Assembly (NCBI RefSeq): GCF_009914755.1
Contig: NC_060947.1
DNA from: the human T2T-CHM13v2.0 reference genome, Homo sapiens
Reading direction: 5' to 3' (one strand)
DNA length: 64,000 nucleotides
Position 1 is the stretch's first letter, and the number at the start of each line of letters is the position of its first letter. The notes under the pieces were generated by a model. It saw only the letters and a list, made by a program, of their open reading frames with translations. It had not been told where the DNA came from and did not search any database. Positions 39,428 through 53,122 of the stretch are shown here, piece by piece. Both the position numbers and the translations under genes were made by a program.

Positions 39428-40299
39428 GTATCTTACTATTAGTAGTGGTATGGCATTACTCTAAGTTCTGTGTGCCTTTGTATTTACTTCCTTGAACTAG
39501 TTTTCCCCTTGGGAGGAAGGAGAGAATGTGAGATGAAAGAGAGGGGTACCAGCTCACTTCAAGACAGTCTGGAAGGGATCTCAGAGTCTCCTTTTTCTAG
39601 TCTCCTTACCTGAATTCAATCACTGGCATCCCCTCATGCTCTGATACTGGAGCAAATGGAGGCTCTTCCAATGGAGGGATTTCTAGGGATGCAGCGCTGA
39701 TTAGGGACAGAAGAAATTCTTGGGATCCTTAGTTCCAGTGAGGGGAAGTGGTCCACTTAGCAGTTCCCACACTGCCCTGTCACCCATACCCCAGCCCTGT
39801 CTCCCACACAATGGATAGTATACATGACAGCCATCTTGCAACTGATGTGGACAGTGGCCTAGGTGGTAATTTAAGGGCACCTAATATTCTCTTTCTAAAA
39901 GTATCTCCCCTGACCCATTATGTTGAAGTTTGCTCTACTGATATAAAAACACCCTTGCATGAGTGAGGGGTGAAATATTAATCTGGTGTAAGACACTAAC
40001 ACTGCAGAATAAAATAGTGGCCCAGACTTCTTCCTTCTGTGACAAGTAGCTGGGAGCAAGAGGTTTAGAGGATTCAGGGGCAAGAAAGTCATTTTGGAGC
40101 AGATGTTACTGGCCTGGAAGGCGGGGCAGGTGGGAGAAACTTCAATAAGGACACAGGAAATGAGAAAGAAGGTTTCCATAATAGGAGACATGAGTAAAGG
40201 AGAGAATGATAGGCTTGGTGAAGCCAAAAAAGGTCTTCTTTCCCCAGGAGTAGCCTTGATGCCCTCAGCTCACGATCAATTGCTTCTTCAATGAAAAGA

Positions 40300-40510
40300 A
40301 CAAACACCTAGTGCTCTCTGTGTGCCAGGCACTGATCCAAGTGCATTTTGTCTTCAAAAAAATCTTTAAGGAAGTTAGTACTATTATTACCCCCCTCAAA
40401 GGGTGTTGCTGAACACCACTGCTTGCCCAAGATCATATAGCTGAGAGTGGCAGAGCTGGAATTTGAACCCAGAATGTCTGGCTCTGGAGACTGCTTTCTT
40501 AACCACTAAA
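40300..40510 (-). mobile_element. MIR
   Basis: tgtgccaggcactg...cttgcccaagatcatatagctg...ggcagagctggaatttgaacccag. Confidence 0.75.
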
Positions 40511-41284
40511 TTGTATCCCTCCTCAAGTTAATGCAATTGAACACACAAAAAAAATGTTTTGAGGGGAACTTTGTATGAAGCATCATGGAAGTTGGAAAGG
40601 ATGAGAGATACCATTTTTACTCTTCCTCAAGGAATTTCTCCTATAATGAAGATCAGCCAGGCAGGGCTGTGAGGGCCTTTGGGAAAGTAATTCTGGGCAG
40701 TCAAGGCAGGCAGGTGGCATCCATGAAACTGATTCCCAGAAAGAGGGGTTGCAGGCATCTGGCTCTACTTGGGGACTAGACTCCTGCCCTAGATAAGCAA
40801 AAACAAGGAACACCCAAGAGGCCTTGTGGGGATGAAGGTGAGAACCTAGCAGTAGGATGAGTTATTGACATTGGAATTCAGAACAAGACTAAAGCTGTAG
40901 CACACTGCATCAATTAGGAATGATTTTTAAGCTGCGTCTAAGAGCAAACCTAATATTGACTTGATTTTTTTTTTTCGTTTACTCCTTGCCTCCCTGAATC
41001 CCTCCAGCTGGGGCCCATCAAGCTTCCCATCTACACATTCAGCACAGTCCTGGGTCCCAGAACAATCTATTGAGGTAAGAAATTTTCAATCACCATTGGC
41101 TTCTATCCCTCAATCTCTTGTGTCTTGATATGAAGCCAATTCCCCACACTCTTTAAGCTCACCAAGAAGTTAGGAATCTCCTGGCACTGACCTCTAGGCT
41201 TCGAAACAGAGTGTCTGGTGGTAGCTTATCTCCCTTCCCCTGCAGTTCATCTTCAAGAGTTCCCAAATCCCAGCCCTGGTTAGT

Positions 41285-41650
41285 GTGATTATATGGGTCA
41301 AACACTCTTAGTTGTCTGCCTAGTACCCATCCACCCTTCTTCCTTGGTAACAGAAATTCAATTTTGTTTGGGAGCATTATGTCACTCCCAGGCATCGGAC
41401 CATGATTTGTCTAAGCCAATTATGACAATTTTCTTCTCCATTTTCCCAGCCTCCTGGGATGCTAGGGATGCCATATGATCCAATTCATTCTGGCCAATAA
41501 GACGTAAGAGGAAGAATGTGTATGTGTGTGTGGAGTTGGGGGAGTATACTCTGGAAAAATTTTTCCTTCTCTCTCTTGCCTATAAGAAACAGGCAAGATT
41601 TCATGGCTCTCCTTGCACTTTCACCTTGTCTGAATTTAGACTTGATGTCT
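41285..41650 (+). mobile_element. Old MaLR LTR fragment (MLT1J/K-like)
   Basis: cccagcctcctgggatgctagggatgccatatgatccaatt...tggccaataagacgtaagaggaag. Confidence 0.55.
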
Positions 41651-41659
41651 ATGGTTTTA

Positions 41660-42400
41660 CCTCCTAGTTCATAGCTTCAGATCTAAGTATTCAGACTTGA
41701 AGAAAACTGAGCCATCATCTTTCCTCCCAAACTGCTCCTTCCAAAAGTTGATAGTCCTGTGGTTTTACCTACGTACATCAGTAACCCAGGCAAAGCTGAG
41801 AGCCATTCCGGACTGCCCCACTCCCTATAAATCACCAAGTCTTATTCGTTTGACTTCTAGACTATCTCTTGAATCAGCTTCTTCTCCATCACCACTGTCA
41901 CTTCCTTAGTTCAGACATTCATTCTGCCTCACCTTGATTGCTTCGATGGCCTTGATTGCTGGAACTGCTATCTGCCTCCCCTCTAAACTCTCAAATCAGT
42001 CCTCCAAAAGTGAGCTTGAGTTTCATTGCTAAAATACAAATCTGATCAGATTATTTCTCTGCATAAAATTCTTCATTTATTCCCCAGGCTTTAGCTTAGG
42101 TCCCTAAAGATCTAACTTTTAAAAGACCTCCCAAAGGGATCTCTTACCATTCAAGTGTCTCAAATGCCAAGTATCCTTGGAATCATCTCTGCTGTCTCTC
42201 ATGCTGTTCCTTCTACCTGGATTTTTCATTCCCTCTAACTCTTCTTTGATAAATCCTATTTGACTTTTTAACCTGGCCAATTTGTCATTCCTTCCTTTCT
42301 CAAGAAGCCTCCCTCAACTCTCCTTTTCTGTCTACTTTAGATGTCCTCTTTTCTGTTCTATATCTACAATATCACTTTACACATGGATCTGTAATTTCCA
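41660..42400. mobile_element. L2 LINE fragment
   Basis: ctaaaatacaaatctgatcagatt...catgctgttccttctacctgg...caagaagcctccct. Confidence 0.6.
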
Positions 42401-42409
42401 GCTATTTTT

Positions 42410-42606
42410 TAAGAGCTAATGCTCATTTAGATGCACTCATCTATTTACCAAGCTCATCACTCATCATTGCTTTTCACCTCCTACAGCTTCTTTCTGGGTT
42501 TCATTTCTGAAGTCAATACTTTAGTAGTTCTTCCAGTTTAGATCATAAGAGTATGTTCTTTCAGACTTTGTTTTAAAATGTCTACATTTATTTTGCCCTC
42601 ACTTTC
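42410..42606 (-). mobile_element. Ancient L1ME-like fragment (left part)
   Basis: T-rich, ends tttattttgccctcact and appears to continue at 57450 (ctcactcttgagtgatagtt). Confidence 0.5.
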
Positions 42607-43210
42607 TTTCCACTTTTTGTTATGAAAAACTTCAAATATACAGAAAAGTAGGAAAAATAATATAGCAAACATGCATATTCTCCATAGGGATTTAACAATT
42701 GTTAACATATGCCATATTACTTCATCTATTACAGGCATCTTCACATTTTCCCTGGTGCAGAATACTTTTATTTTGCCCCATCACTTTCTCCATCCTGCTT
42801 TTTTCTTGAGAAACTGACCTCTCTGGACTGCATCCTCTCCTCACACTCCCTTGCCCTCTTGCTCTTAGTTGGGCTTGGCCAATGGGAGGATCAGACAGAA
42901 GATCAGAAGGTGGGCCAAGAGTGAGCAGTGGTTGTGTGTTCCCACTAGAGTCCACAGCTTCTTTCAGTAAATTGTCTAGCACTATAGCCATGGCTCGTTT
43001 TTTAGGTCCCAGTAACTGCTCCCTCCTGTCTCTTAAGACCTGTGATTGGGAACCCCTATAGCTCTGGGGTGCTTCAACATATTTTGTTGGTTTCCTATCT
43101 CATGACTATACTGTATAGGTAGTCTTTTTATTAAATCTTTCTCTATTATTCCATTTGATCTACACTTCTAAGTGTGGAGCTCCTAAAAAATAAGCATCTC
43201 TTAAAAAAAA
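42607..43210 (-). mobile_element. Old L1MC-like 3' end, left part (interrupted by an LTR33-like piece)
   Basis: ttttgttatgaaaaacttcaaatatacagaaaagtag is typical of the L1MC4/5 reverse 3' end. The sequence continues at 57095. Confidence 0.6.
42755..43160 (+). mobile_element. ERVL LTR33-like fragment
   Basis: gggcttggccaatgggagg...aagatcagaaggtggg and a 3' ttattaaatc signal. Recognised from memory of the family. Confidence 0.5.
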
Positions 43211-45370
43211 ACTTTTCTCAAGATTCAGGAGAAAGTCAAAACCCAATCCAAGGAATCTAAGGAATACAGTAAAATGATACAGGAGCTGAAAGATGAAATG
43301 GCCATTTTAAGAAAGAACCAAATTAATGTGATACAGTTGAAAAACTTACGTCAATAATTTTATAATACAATTGCAAGTATTAAAAGCAGAATAGGCCAAG
43401 CTGAGGAAAGAATCTCAGAGCTTGAAGACCAGTTCTCTGAATTAACTCCATCAGCCAAAAATAAAGAAAAAACAATTAAAAATGAACAAAACTTCCGCAA
43501 AATGTGGGATTATGTAAAGAAACCAAATCCACAACTCATTGGCATTCTTGAAACAAAGGGAGAGAGAGCAAGCAACTTGGATAACATATTTGAGGAGATC
43601 ATCCATGAAAACTTCTCCAACCTTGCTAGAGAGGCCAACATTCAAATTTAGGAAATGCAGAGAACCAGAACCCCTGCGAGATATTATACAAGATGACCAC
43701 CTCCAAGACACATAGTCATCAGATTCTCAAAAGAAAAAGTGCTAAAGACAACTAGAGAGAGGGGGCAGGTCATCTACAAAGGGAACCCCATCAGGCTAAT
43801 AGCAGACCTTTCAGTAGAAACCTTGTAAGCCAGAAGAGATTGGGGTCCTATGTTCAGCATTCTTAAAGAAAAGAAACTATGACGAAAAATTTCATATCCA
43901 GCCAAACTAAGCTTCATAAGAGAAGGAGAAATAAGACATTTTTCAGACCAGAAAATTCCAAGGTAATTCATTACCACCAGACCTGCCTTACAAGAAGTCC
44001 TTCAGAAAGTGCTAAATATGGAAATGAAAGACCATTACTGGCCACCACGAAAACACACTTAAGTATGTAAACCATCGATGCTATAAAAGAACTACACAAT
44101 TAAGTCTGCATAATAACCAGATAACAACATGATGACAGGATCAAATCCACACAGATATCAATACAAACTTTCAATGTAAACAGGCAAAATGCCCCAATTA
44201 AAAGGCACAGAATGTCAAATTGGATTAAGAAGGAAGACTCAACTGTATCTTTTCTTCAAGAGAACCATCTCACATGCAATGTCACCTATAATCTCAAAGT
44301 AAAGGAATGAAGAAAAAGCTACCAAGCAAACAGATAACAGAAAAAAATCAGGGTTTGCTATTCTAATTTCAGACTAGCCAGACTTTAAACCAGCAATGAT
44401 CAAAAAGACAAAGAAGGGCATTACATAATGGTAAAGGGTTCAATTCAACAAGAACACCTAACTATCCTAAATATATACGCACTCACCACAGGAGCACCCA
44501 GACTCAAAACAAATTCTTAGAGACTTACAAAGAGACTTAGATAAGCACACAATAATAGTGATAGATTTCAACATCCCACTGACAGTGTTAGACAAAGCAT
44601 TGAGGCAGAATACTAACAAAGATACTCAGGAACTGAACTTGACACTTGACCAAATGGACCTAACAGACATCTACAGAACTCTCCATCCAGAAATAAGAGA
44701 ATATTCATTCTTCTCATCTGCATATGGCACATACTCTAAAGTTGACCACATGCTCAGCCATAAAACAATTCTCAGCAAATTAAAAAAAAAATCTTACCAA
44801 CCACTCTCTTGGACCACAGCATAATAAAAGTAGAAATCAATACTAAGGAGATCATACAAACCATACAATTACATGGAAATTTAAAAACCTGCTTCGGAAT
44901 GATTTGGGGGTAAACAATGAATGTTATTCAACATATTATTGGAAGTCCTCATCAGGGCAATCAGGCAAAAGAAAGAAGTAAAGGGCATCCAAATAGGAAA
45001 AGAGAAAGTCAAACTATCTCTGTTTGAAGACAATATGATTCTATACCTAGAAAACCCCACAGTCTCTGCCCAAAAGCTCCTATATCTGATAAACAATTTC
45101 AGCAAAGTTGCAGGATACAAAATCAATGTTACAAAAATCAGTAGCATTTCTTCTTTTTTCTATCTTTTTAAAAATTATACTTTAAGTTCTGGGATACACG
45201 TGCAGAATGTGCAGGTTTGTTACATAAGTATACACTTGCTACGGTGGTTTGCTGCACCCATCAACCTGTCATCTACATTAGGTATTTCTTCTAATGCTAT
45301 CCCTCCTCTAGCCCCCTACCCCCCAACAGGCCCTGGTATGTGATGTTCCCCTCCCTGTGTCCATGTGTTC

Positions 45371-47807
<2,437 letters not shown>

Positions 47808-49166
47808 TCAATTCAGGGATTCGACTTCTTTCTGGTTTAGTCTTGGGAGGGTGTATGTGTCCAGGGATTTATGCATTTCTTCTAGATTTTCTAGTTTATT
47901 TGCATAGAGGTGTTTATAGTATTCTCCAATGGTAGTTTGTATTTCTGTGGGATCAGTGGTGATATCCCCTTTATCATTTTTTATTGTGTCTATTTGATTC
48001 TTCTCTCTTTTCTTCTTTATTGGTCTGGCTAGCCATCTATCTATTTTTGTTAATCTTTTCAAAAAAACCCAGCTCCTGGATTTATTGATTTTCTGAAGTG
48101 TTTTTTGTGTCTCTATCTCCTTCAGTTCTGCCCTGCTCTTAGTTATTTCCTGTCGTCTGCTAGCTTTTGAATTTGTTTGCTCTTGCCTCTCTACTTCTTT
48201 TAATTGTGATGTTAGGGTGTTGAATTTAGATCTTTCCTGCCTTCTCCTGTGGGCATTTAGTTCTATAAATTTCCCTCTAAACATTGCTTTAGCTATGTCC
48301 CAGAGATTCTCATAGGTTGTGTCTTTGTTCTCATTGGTTTCAAATAACTTATTTATTTCTGCTTTAATGTTGTTATTTACCCAGTACTCAATCAGTAGCA
48401 GGTTGTTCAGTTTCCATTTAGTTGTGCGATTTTGAGTGAGTTTCTTACCTCTGAGTTCTAATTTGATTGCACTATGGTCTAAGAGACTGTTTGTTATGAT
48501 TTCCATTCCTTTGCATTTGTTGAGGAGTGTTTTACTTCTAATTATGTGATCAATTTTAGAATTAGTGCTATCTGGTGCTGAGAAGAATGTATATTCCATT
48601 GATTTGGGGTGGAGAGTTCTGTAGATGTCTATTAGGTCCACTTGGTCCAGAGCTGAGTTCAAGTCCTGAATATCCTTGTTAACTTTCTGTCTCATTGATC
48701 TGTCTAATATTGACAGTGGGGTGTTAAAGTCTCCCACTATTATTGTGTGGGGGTCTAAGTCTTCTTGTAGGTCTCTAAGAACTTGCTTTATGAATCTGGG
48801 TGCTCCTGTATTGGGTGCATATATATTTAGAATAGTTAGCTCTTCTTGTTGCATTGATTCCTTTACCATTATGTAATGCCCTTCTTTGTCTTTTTTGATC
48901 TTTGTTGGTTTAAAGTCTGTTTTATCAGAAACTGGGATTGCAACCCCTGCTTTTTTTTTTTGCTTTCCATTTGCTTGGTAAATATTCCTCCATCTCTTTA
49001 TTTTGAGCCTATGTGTGTCTTTGCACATGAGATGGGTCTCCTGAATACAGCACACTGATGAGTTTTGACTCTTTATCCAATTTGCCAGTCTGCATCTTTT
49101 AATTGGGGCATTTAGCCTGTTTACATATAAGGTTAATATTTTTATGTGTGAATTTGATCTTGTCAT
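47808..49166 (-). pseudogene. L1 ORF2 N-terminal 452 aa (APE endonuclease domain and linker), truncated
   Basis: MTRSNSHI...CCIQETHL...NIYAPN...GDFNTPL...KIDH...DHSAIKLE. The frame is open from the native ATG to a premature stop. Confidence 0.92.
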
Positions 49167-49492
49167 TATGACGCTAGCTGGTTATTTTGCCTGTTAGTTG
49201 ATGTAGTTTCTTCATAGTGTCAATGGTCTTTACAATTTGGTATGTTTTTGTAGTGGCTGGTACTGGTTTTTCCTTTCCATATTTAATGCTTCCTTCAGGA
49301 GCTCTTGTAAGGCAGGCCTGGTGGTGATAAAATCTCTTAGCATTTGCTTGTCTGTAAAGAATTTTATTTTTCCTACGCTTATGAGGCTTGGTTTGGCTGG
49401 ATATGAAATTCTGTGTTGAAAATTATTTTCTTTAAGAATGTTGAATATTGGCCCCCACTCTCTTGTGGCTTATAGGGTTTCTGAAGAGATAT

Positions 49493-50897
49493 TGAGAGGT
49501 GACAGCGTGCTGGCAGTCCTCACAGCCCTCGCTTGCTCTTGGCACCTCCTCTGCCTGGGTTCCCACTTTGGCGGCACTTGAGGAGCCCTTCAGCCCACCG
49601 CTGCACTGTGGGAGCCTCTTCCTGGGCTGGCCGAGGCTGGAGCTGGCTCCCTCAGCTTGCGGGGAGGTGTGGAGGGAGAGGAGTGGGTGGGAACCGGGGC
49701 TGTGCGCAGTGCTTGCAGGCCAGTGCAAGTTCCAGGTGGGCGTGGGCTTGGCAGGCCCTGCACTTGGAGCGGCCAGCCAGCCCCACCGGCCTTGGGCAGT
49801 GAGGGGCTTAGCACCTGGGCCAGAAGCTGCTGTGCTCAATTTCTCACCGGGCCTTAGCTGCCTTCCCATAGGGCAGGGCTCGGGACCTGCAGCCCGCCAT
49901 GCCTGAGCCTCCCCTCCACCCCCCTGCCGTGGGCTTCTGCGTGGCCCAAGCCTCCCCGACGAGCGCTGCCCCCTGCTCCACTGCACCCAGTCCCATTGAC
50001 CACCCAGGGGCTGAGGAGTGCGGGCGCACAGCGCGGGACTGGTGGGCAGCTCCACCTGTGGCCCTGGTGCGGGATCCACTGGGTGAAGCCAGCCGGGCTT
50101 CTGAGTCTGGTGGGGACTTGGAGAACCTTTATGTCTAGCTGGGGGATTGTAAATACACCAATCGGCACTCTCTATCTAGCTCAAGGTTTGTAAACACACC
50201 AATCAGCACCCTGTGTCTAGCTCAGGGTTTGTGAATGCACCAATTGACACTCTGTAACTAGCTACTCTGGTGGGGACTTGGAGAACCTTTGTGTTGACAC
50301 TCTGTATCTAGCTAATCTAGTGGGGACACGGAGAACTTCTGTGTCTAGCTCAGGGATTGTAAACACACCAATCAGCACCCTGTCAAAACAGACCACTCGG
50401 CTCTCTGCAAAATGGACCAATCAGCAGGATGTGGATGGGGCCAGATATCAGAATAAAAGCAGGCTGCCCAAGCTAGCAGTGGCAACCCGCTTGGGTCCCC
50501 TTCCACACCGTGGAAGCTTTGTTCTTTCGTTCTTTGCAATAAATCCTGCTGCTGCTCACTCTTTGGGTCCACACTGCCTTTATGAGCCGTAACACTCACT
50601 GCGACGGTCTGCAGCTTCACTCCTGAAGCCAGCGAGACCACCAACCCACCAGGAGGAACGAACAACTCCAGACGCGCCACCTTAAGAGCTGTAACACTCA
50701 CCGCGAAGGTCTGCAGCTTCACTCCTGAGCCAGCGAGACCACAAACCCACCAGAAGGAAGAAACTCCAAACACATCCGAACATCAGAAGGAACAAACTCC
50801 GGACACGCCACCTTTAAGAACTGTAACGCTCACTGGGAGGGTCCGTGGCTTCATTCTTGAAGTCAGTAAGACCAAGAACCCACCAATTCCGGACACA
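49493..50897 (+). mobile_element. Solo ERV9 LTR (LTR12C-like), 1405 bp
   Basis: Starts TGAGAGGTGACAGCGTGCTGGCAGTCC and ends ACCAATTCCGGACACA (TG...CA). 4-bp TSD ATAT at 49489-49492 and 50898-50901. CCAAT-containing U3 repeats and repeated U5 units are present. Confidence 0.95.
50130..50490 (+). promoter_or_regulatory. LTR12 U3 enhancer/promoter (CCAAT array and AATAAA TATA-equivalent)
   Basis: CCAAT at ~50158, 50199, 50240, 50368 and 50417; AATAAAA at 50452. This matches the known NF-Y-dependent ERV9 promoter layout. Activity of this copy is not shown by the sequence. Confidence 0.65.
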
Positions 50898-50911
50898 ATA
50901 TCTGCTGTTAG

Positions 50912-53122
50912 CCTCTCCCTCTCCCTCTCCCTCTCCCTCTCCCTCTCCCTCTCCCCATGGTCTCCCTCTCCCTCTCTTTCCATGGTCTCCCTCTGATGCC
51001 GAGCCGAAGCTGGACTGTACTGCTGCCATCTCGGCTCACTGCAACCTCCCTGCCTGATTCTCCTGCCTCAGCCTGCCGAGTGCCTGCAATTGCAGGCACG
51101 CACCGCCACGCCTGACTGGTTTTCATATTTTTTTGGTGGAGACGGGGTTTCGCTGTGTTGGCCGGACTGGTCTCCAGCTCCTAACCGCGAGTGATCCACC
51201 AGCCTCGGCCTCCCGAGGGGCCGGGATTGCAGACGGAGTCTGGTTCACTCAGTGCTCAATGGTGCCCAGGCTGGAGTGCAGTGGCGTGATCTTGGCTTGC
51301 TACAACCTCCACCTCCCAGCCGCCTGCCTTGGCCTCCCAAAGTGCCGAGATTGCAGCCTCTGCCCGGCCGCCACCCCCTCTGGAAAGTGAGGAGCGTCTC
51401 TGCCTGGCCGCCCATCGTCTGGGACGTGAGGAGCCCCTCTGCCTGGCTGCCCAGTCTGGAAAGTGAGGAGCGTCTCTGCCCGGCCGCCATCCCACCTAGG
51501 AAGTGAGGAGCGCCTCTTCCCGGCCGCCATCCCATCTAGGAAGTGAGGAGCATCTCTGCCCGGCCGCCCATCATCTGAGATGTGGGGAGCGCCTCTGCCC
51601 CACTGCCCCGTCTGGGATGTGAGGAGTGCCTCTACCCGGCCGCGACCCCGTCTGGGAGGTGAGGAGCGTCTCTGCCCAGCCGCCCCATCTGAGAAGTGAG
51701 GAGACCCTCCGCCTGGCAGCCACCCCATCTGGGAAGTGAGGAGCGTCTCCGCCTGGCAGCCACCCCGTCCGGGAGGGAGGTGGGGGTCAGCCCCCGCCAG
51801 GCCAGCCGCCCCGTCCAGGAGGGAGGTGGGGGGTCAGCCCCCTGCCTGGCCAGCCGCCCCGTCCGGGAGGTGAGGGGCGCCTCTGCCCAGCTGCCCCTAC
51901 TAGGAAGTGAGGAGCCCCTCTGCCTGGCCAGCCACCCCATCCGGGAGGGAGGTGGGGGGGTCAGCCCCCCGCCCAGCCAGCCGCCCCATCCGGGAGGGAG
52001 GTGGGGGGGTCAGCCCCCTGCCCGGCCAGCCGCCCCGTCCGGGAGGGAGGTGAGGGGGTCAGCCCCCCGCCCGGCCAGCCGCCCCGTCTGGGAGGGAGGT
52101 GGGGGGGTCAGCCCCCCGCCCGGCCAGCTGCCCCGTCCGGGAGGTGAGGGGTGCCTCTGCCCGGCCGCCCCTACTGGGAAGTGAGGAGCCCCTCTGCCTG
52201 GCCAGCTGCCCCGTCTGGGAGGGAGGCGGGGGGTCAGCCCCCGGCCCGGCCAGCCGCCCCGTCTGGGAGGGAGGTGGGGGTGTCAGCCCCCCGCCCAGCC
52301 AGCCGACCCGTCCGGGAGGGAGGTGGGGGTTCAGCCCCCCTCCTGGCCAGCCGCCCCATCCGGGAGGTGAGGGGCGCCTCTGCCCAGCCGCCCCTACTGG
52401 GAAGTGAGGAGCCCCTCTGCCCGGCCAGCCGCCCCGTCTGGGAGAGAGGTGGGGGGGTCAGCCCCCCGCCCGGCCAGCCGCCCCGTCTGGGAGGTGAGGG
52501 GCGCCTCTGCCCGGCCGCCCCTACTGGGAAGTGAGGAGCCCCTCTGCCCGGCCACCACCCGGTCTGGGAGGTGTACCCAACAGCTCATTGAGAACGGGCC
52601 ATGATGACAGTGGCGGTTTTGTGGAATAGAAAGGGGGGAAAGGTGGGGAAAAGATTGGGAAATCGGATGGTTGCCGTGTCTGTGTAGAAAGAGGTAGACA
52701 TGGGAGACTTTTCATTTTGTTCTGTGCTAAGAAAAATTCTTCTGCCTTGTGATCCTGTTGATCTGTGACCTTACCCCCAACCCTGTGCTCTCTGAAACAT
52801 GTGCTGTGTCCACTCAGGGTTAAATGGATTAAGGGCGGGGCAAGATGTGCTTTGTTAAACAGATGCTTGAAGGCAGCATGCTCGTTAAGAGACATCACCA
52901 CTCCCTAATCTCAAGTACCCAGGGACACAAACACTGCCGAAGGCCGCGAGGTCCTCTGCCTAGGAAAACCAGAGACCTTTGTTCACTTGTTTATCTGCTG
53001 ACCTTCCCTCCACTATTGTCCTATGACCCTGCCAAATCCCCCTCTGCAAGAAACACCCAAGAATGATCAATAAAAAAATAAATAAATAAATAAAATAAAA
53101 TAAAATAAAAAAAGAAAAAAAA
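50912..53122 (+). mobile_element. Full-length SVA retrotransposon (SVA_D-like)
   Basis: About 7 CCCTCT hexamers at 50912-50952, Alu-like domain ~50957-51355, GC-rich VNTR ~51355-52570, SINE-R ~52571-53070, AATAAA at 53069 and an A-rich tail to 53122. TSD ACAATATCTGCTGTTAG at 50895-50911 and 53123-53139. Confidence 0.97.
51355..52570 (+). repeat. SVA VNTR (GC-rich units of ~37-50 bp)
   Basis: Repeated units such as gcctctgcccggccgccccgtctgggaagtgaggagc and ggccagccgccccgtccgggagggaggtggggggtcagcccc. Confidence 0.95.

Noticed and set aside
49432-50773. Long GC-rich ORFs (215, 135, 133 aa and others)
   Set aside because: They lie within the LTR12 and reflect stop-poor GC-rich repeat sequence, with no recognisable domain.
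49493-52570. Host-gene CpG-island promoter
   Set aside because: The GC and CpG richness is fully explained by LTR12 and SVA, and many CpGs show TpG/CpA decay.
51133-53066. Many overlapping Pro/Gly/Arg-rich ORFs
   Set aside because: They are translations of the SVA Alu-like, VNTR and SINE-R regions.
49493-53122. LTR12 and SVA as one co-retrotransposed unit (5' transduction arriving together)
   Set aside because: Each has its own TSD (4-bp ATAT and 17-bp), the LTR has a complete U3, and host L1 sequence lies between them. These are two independent insertions.
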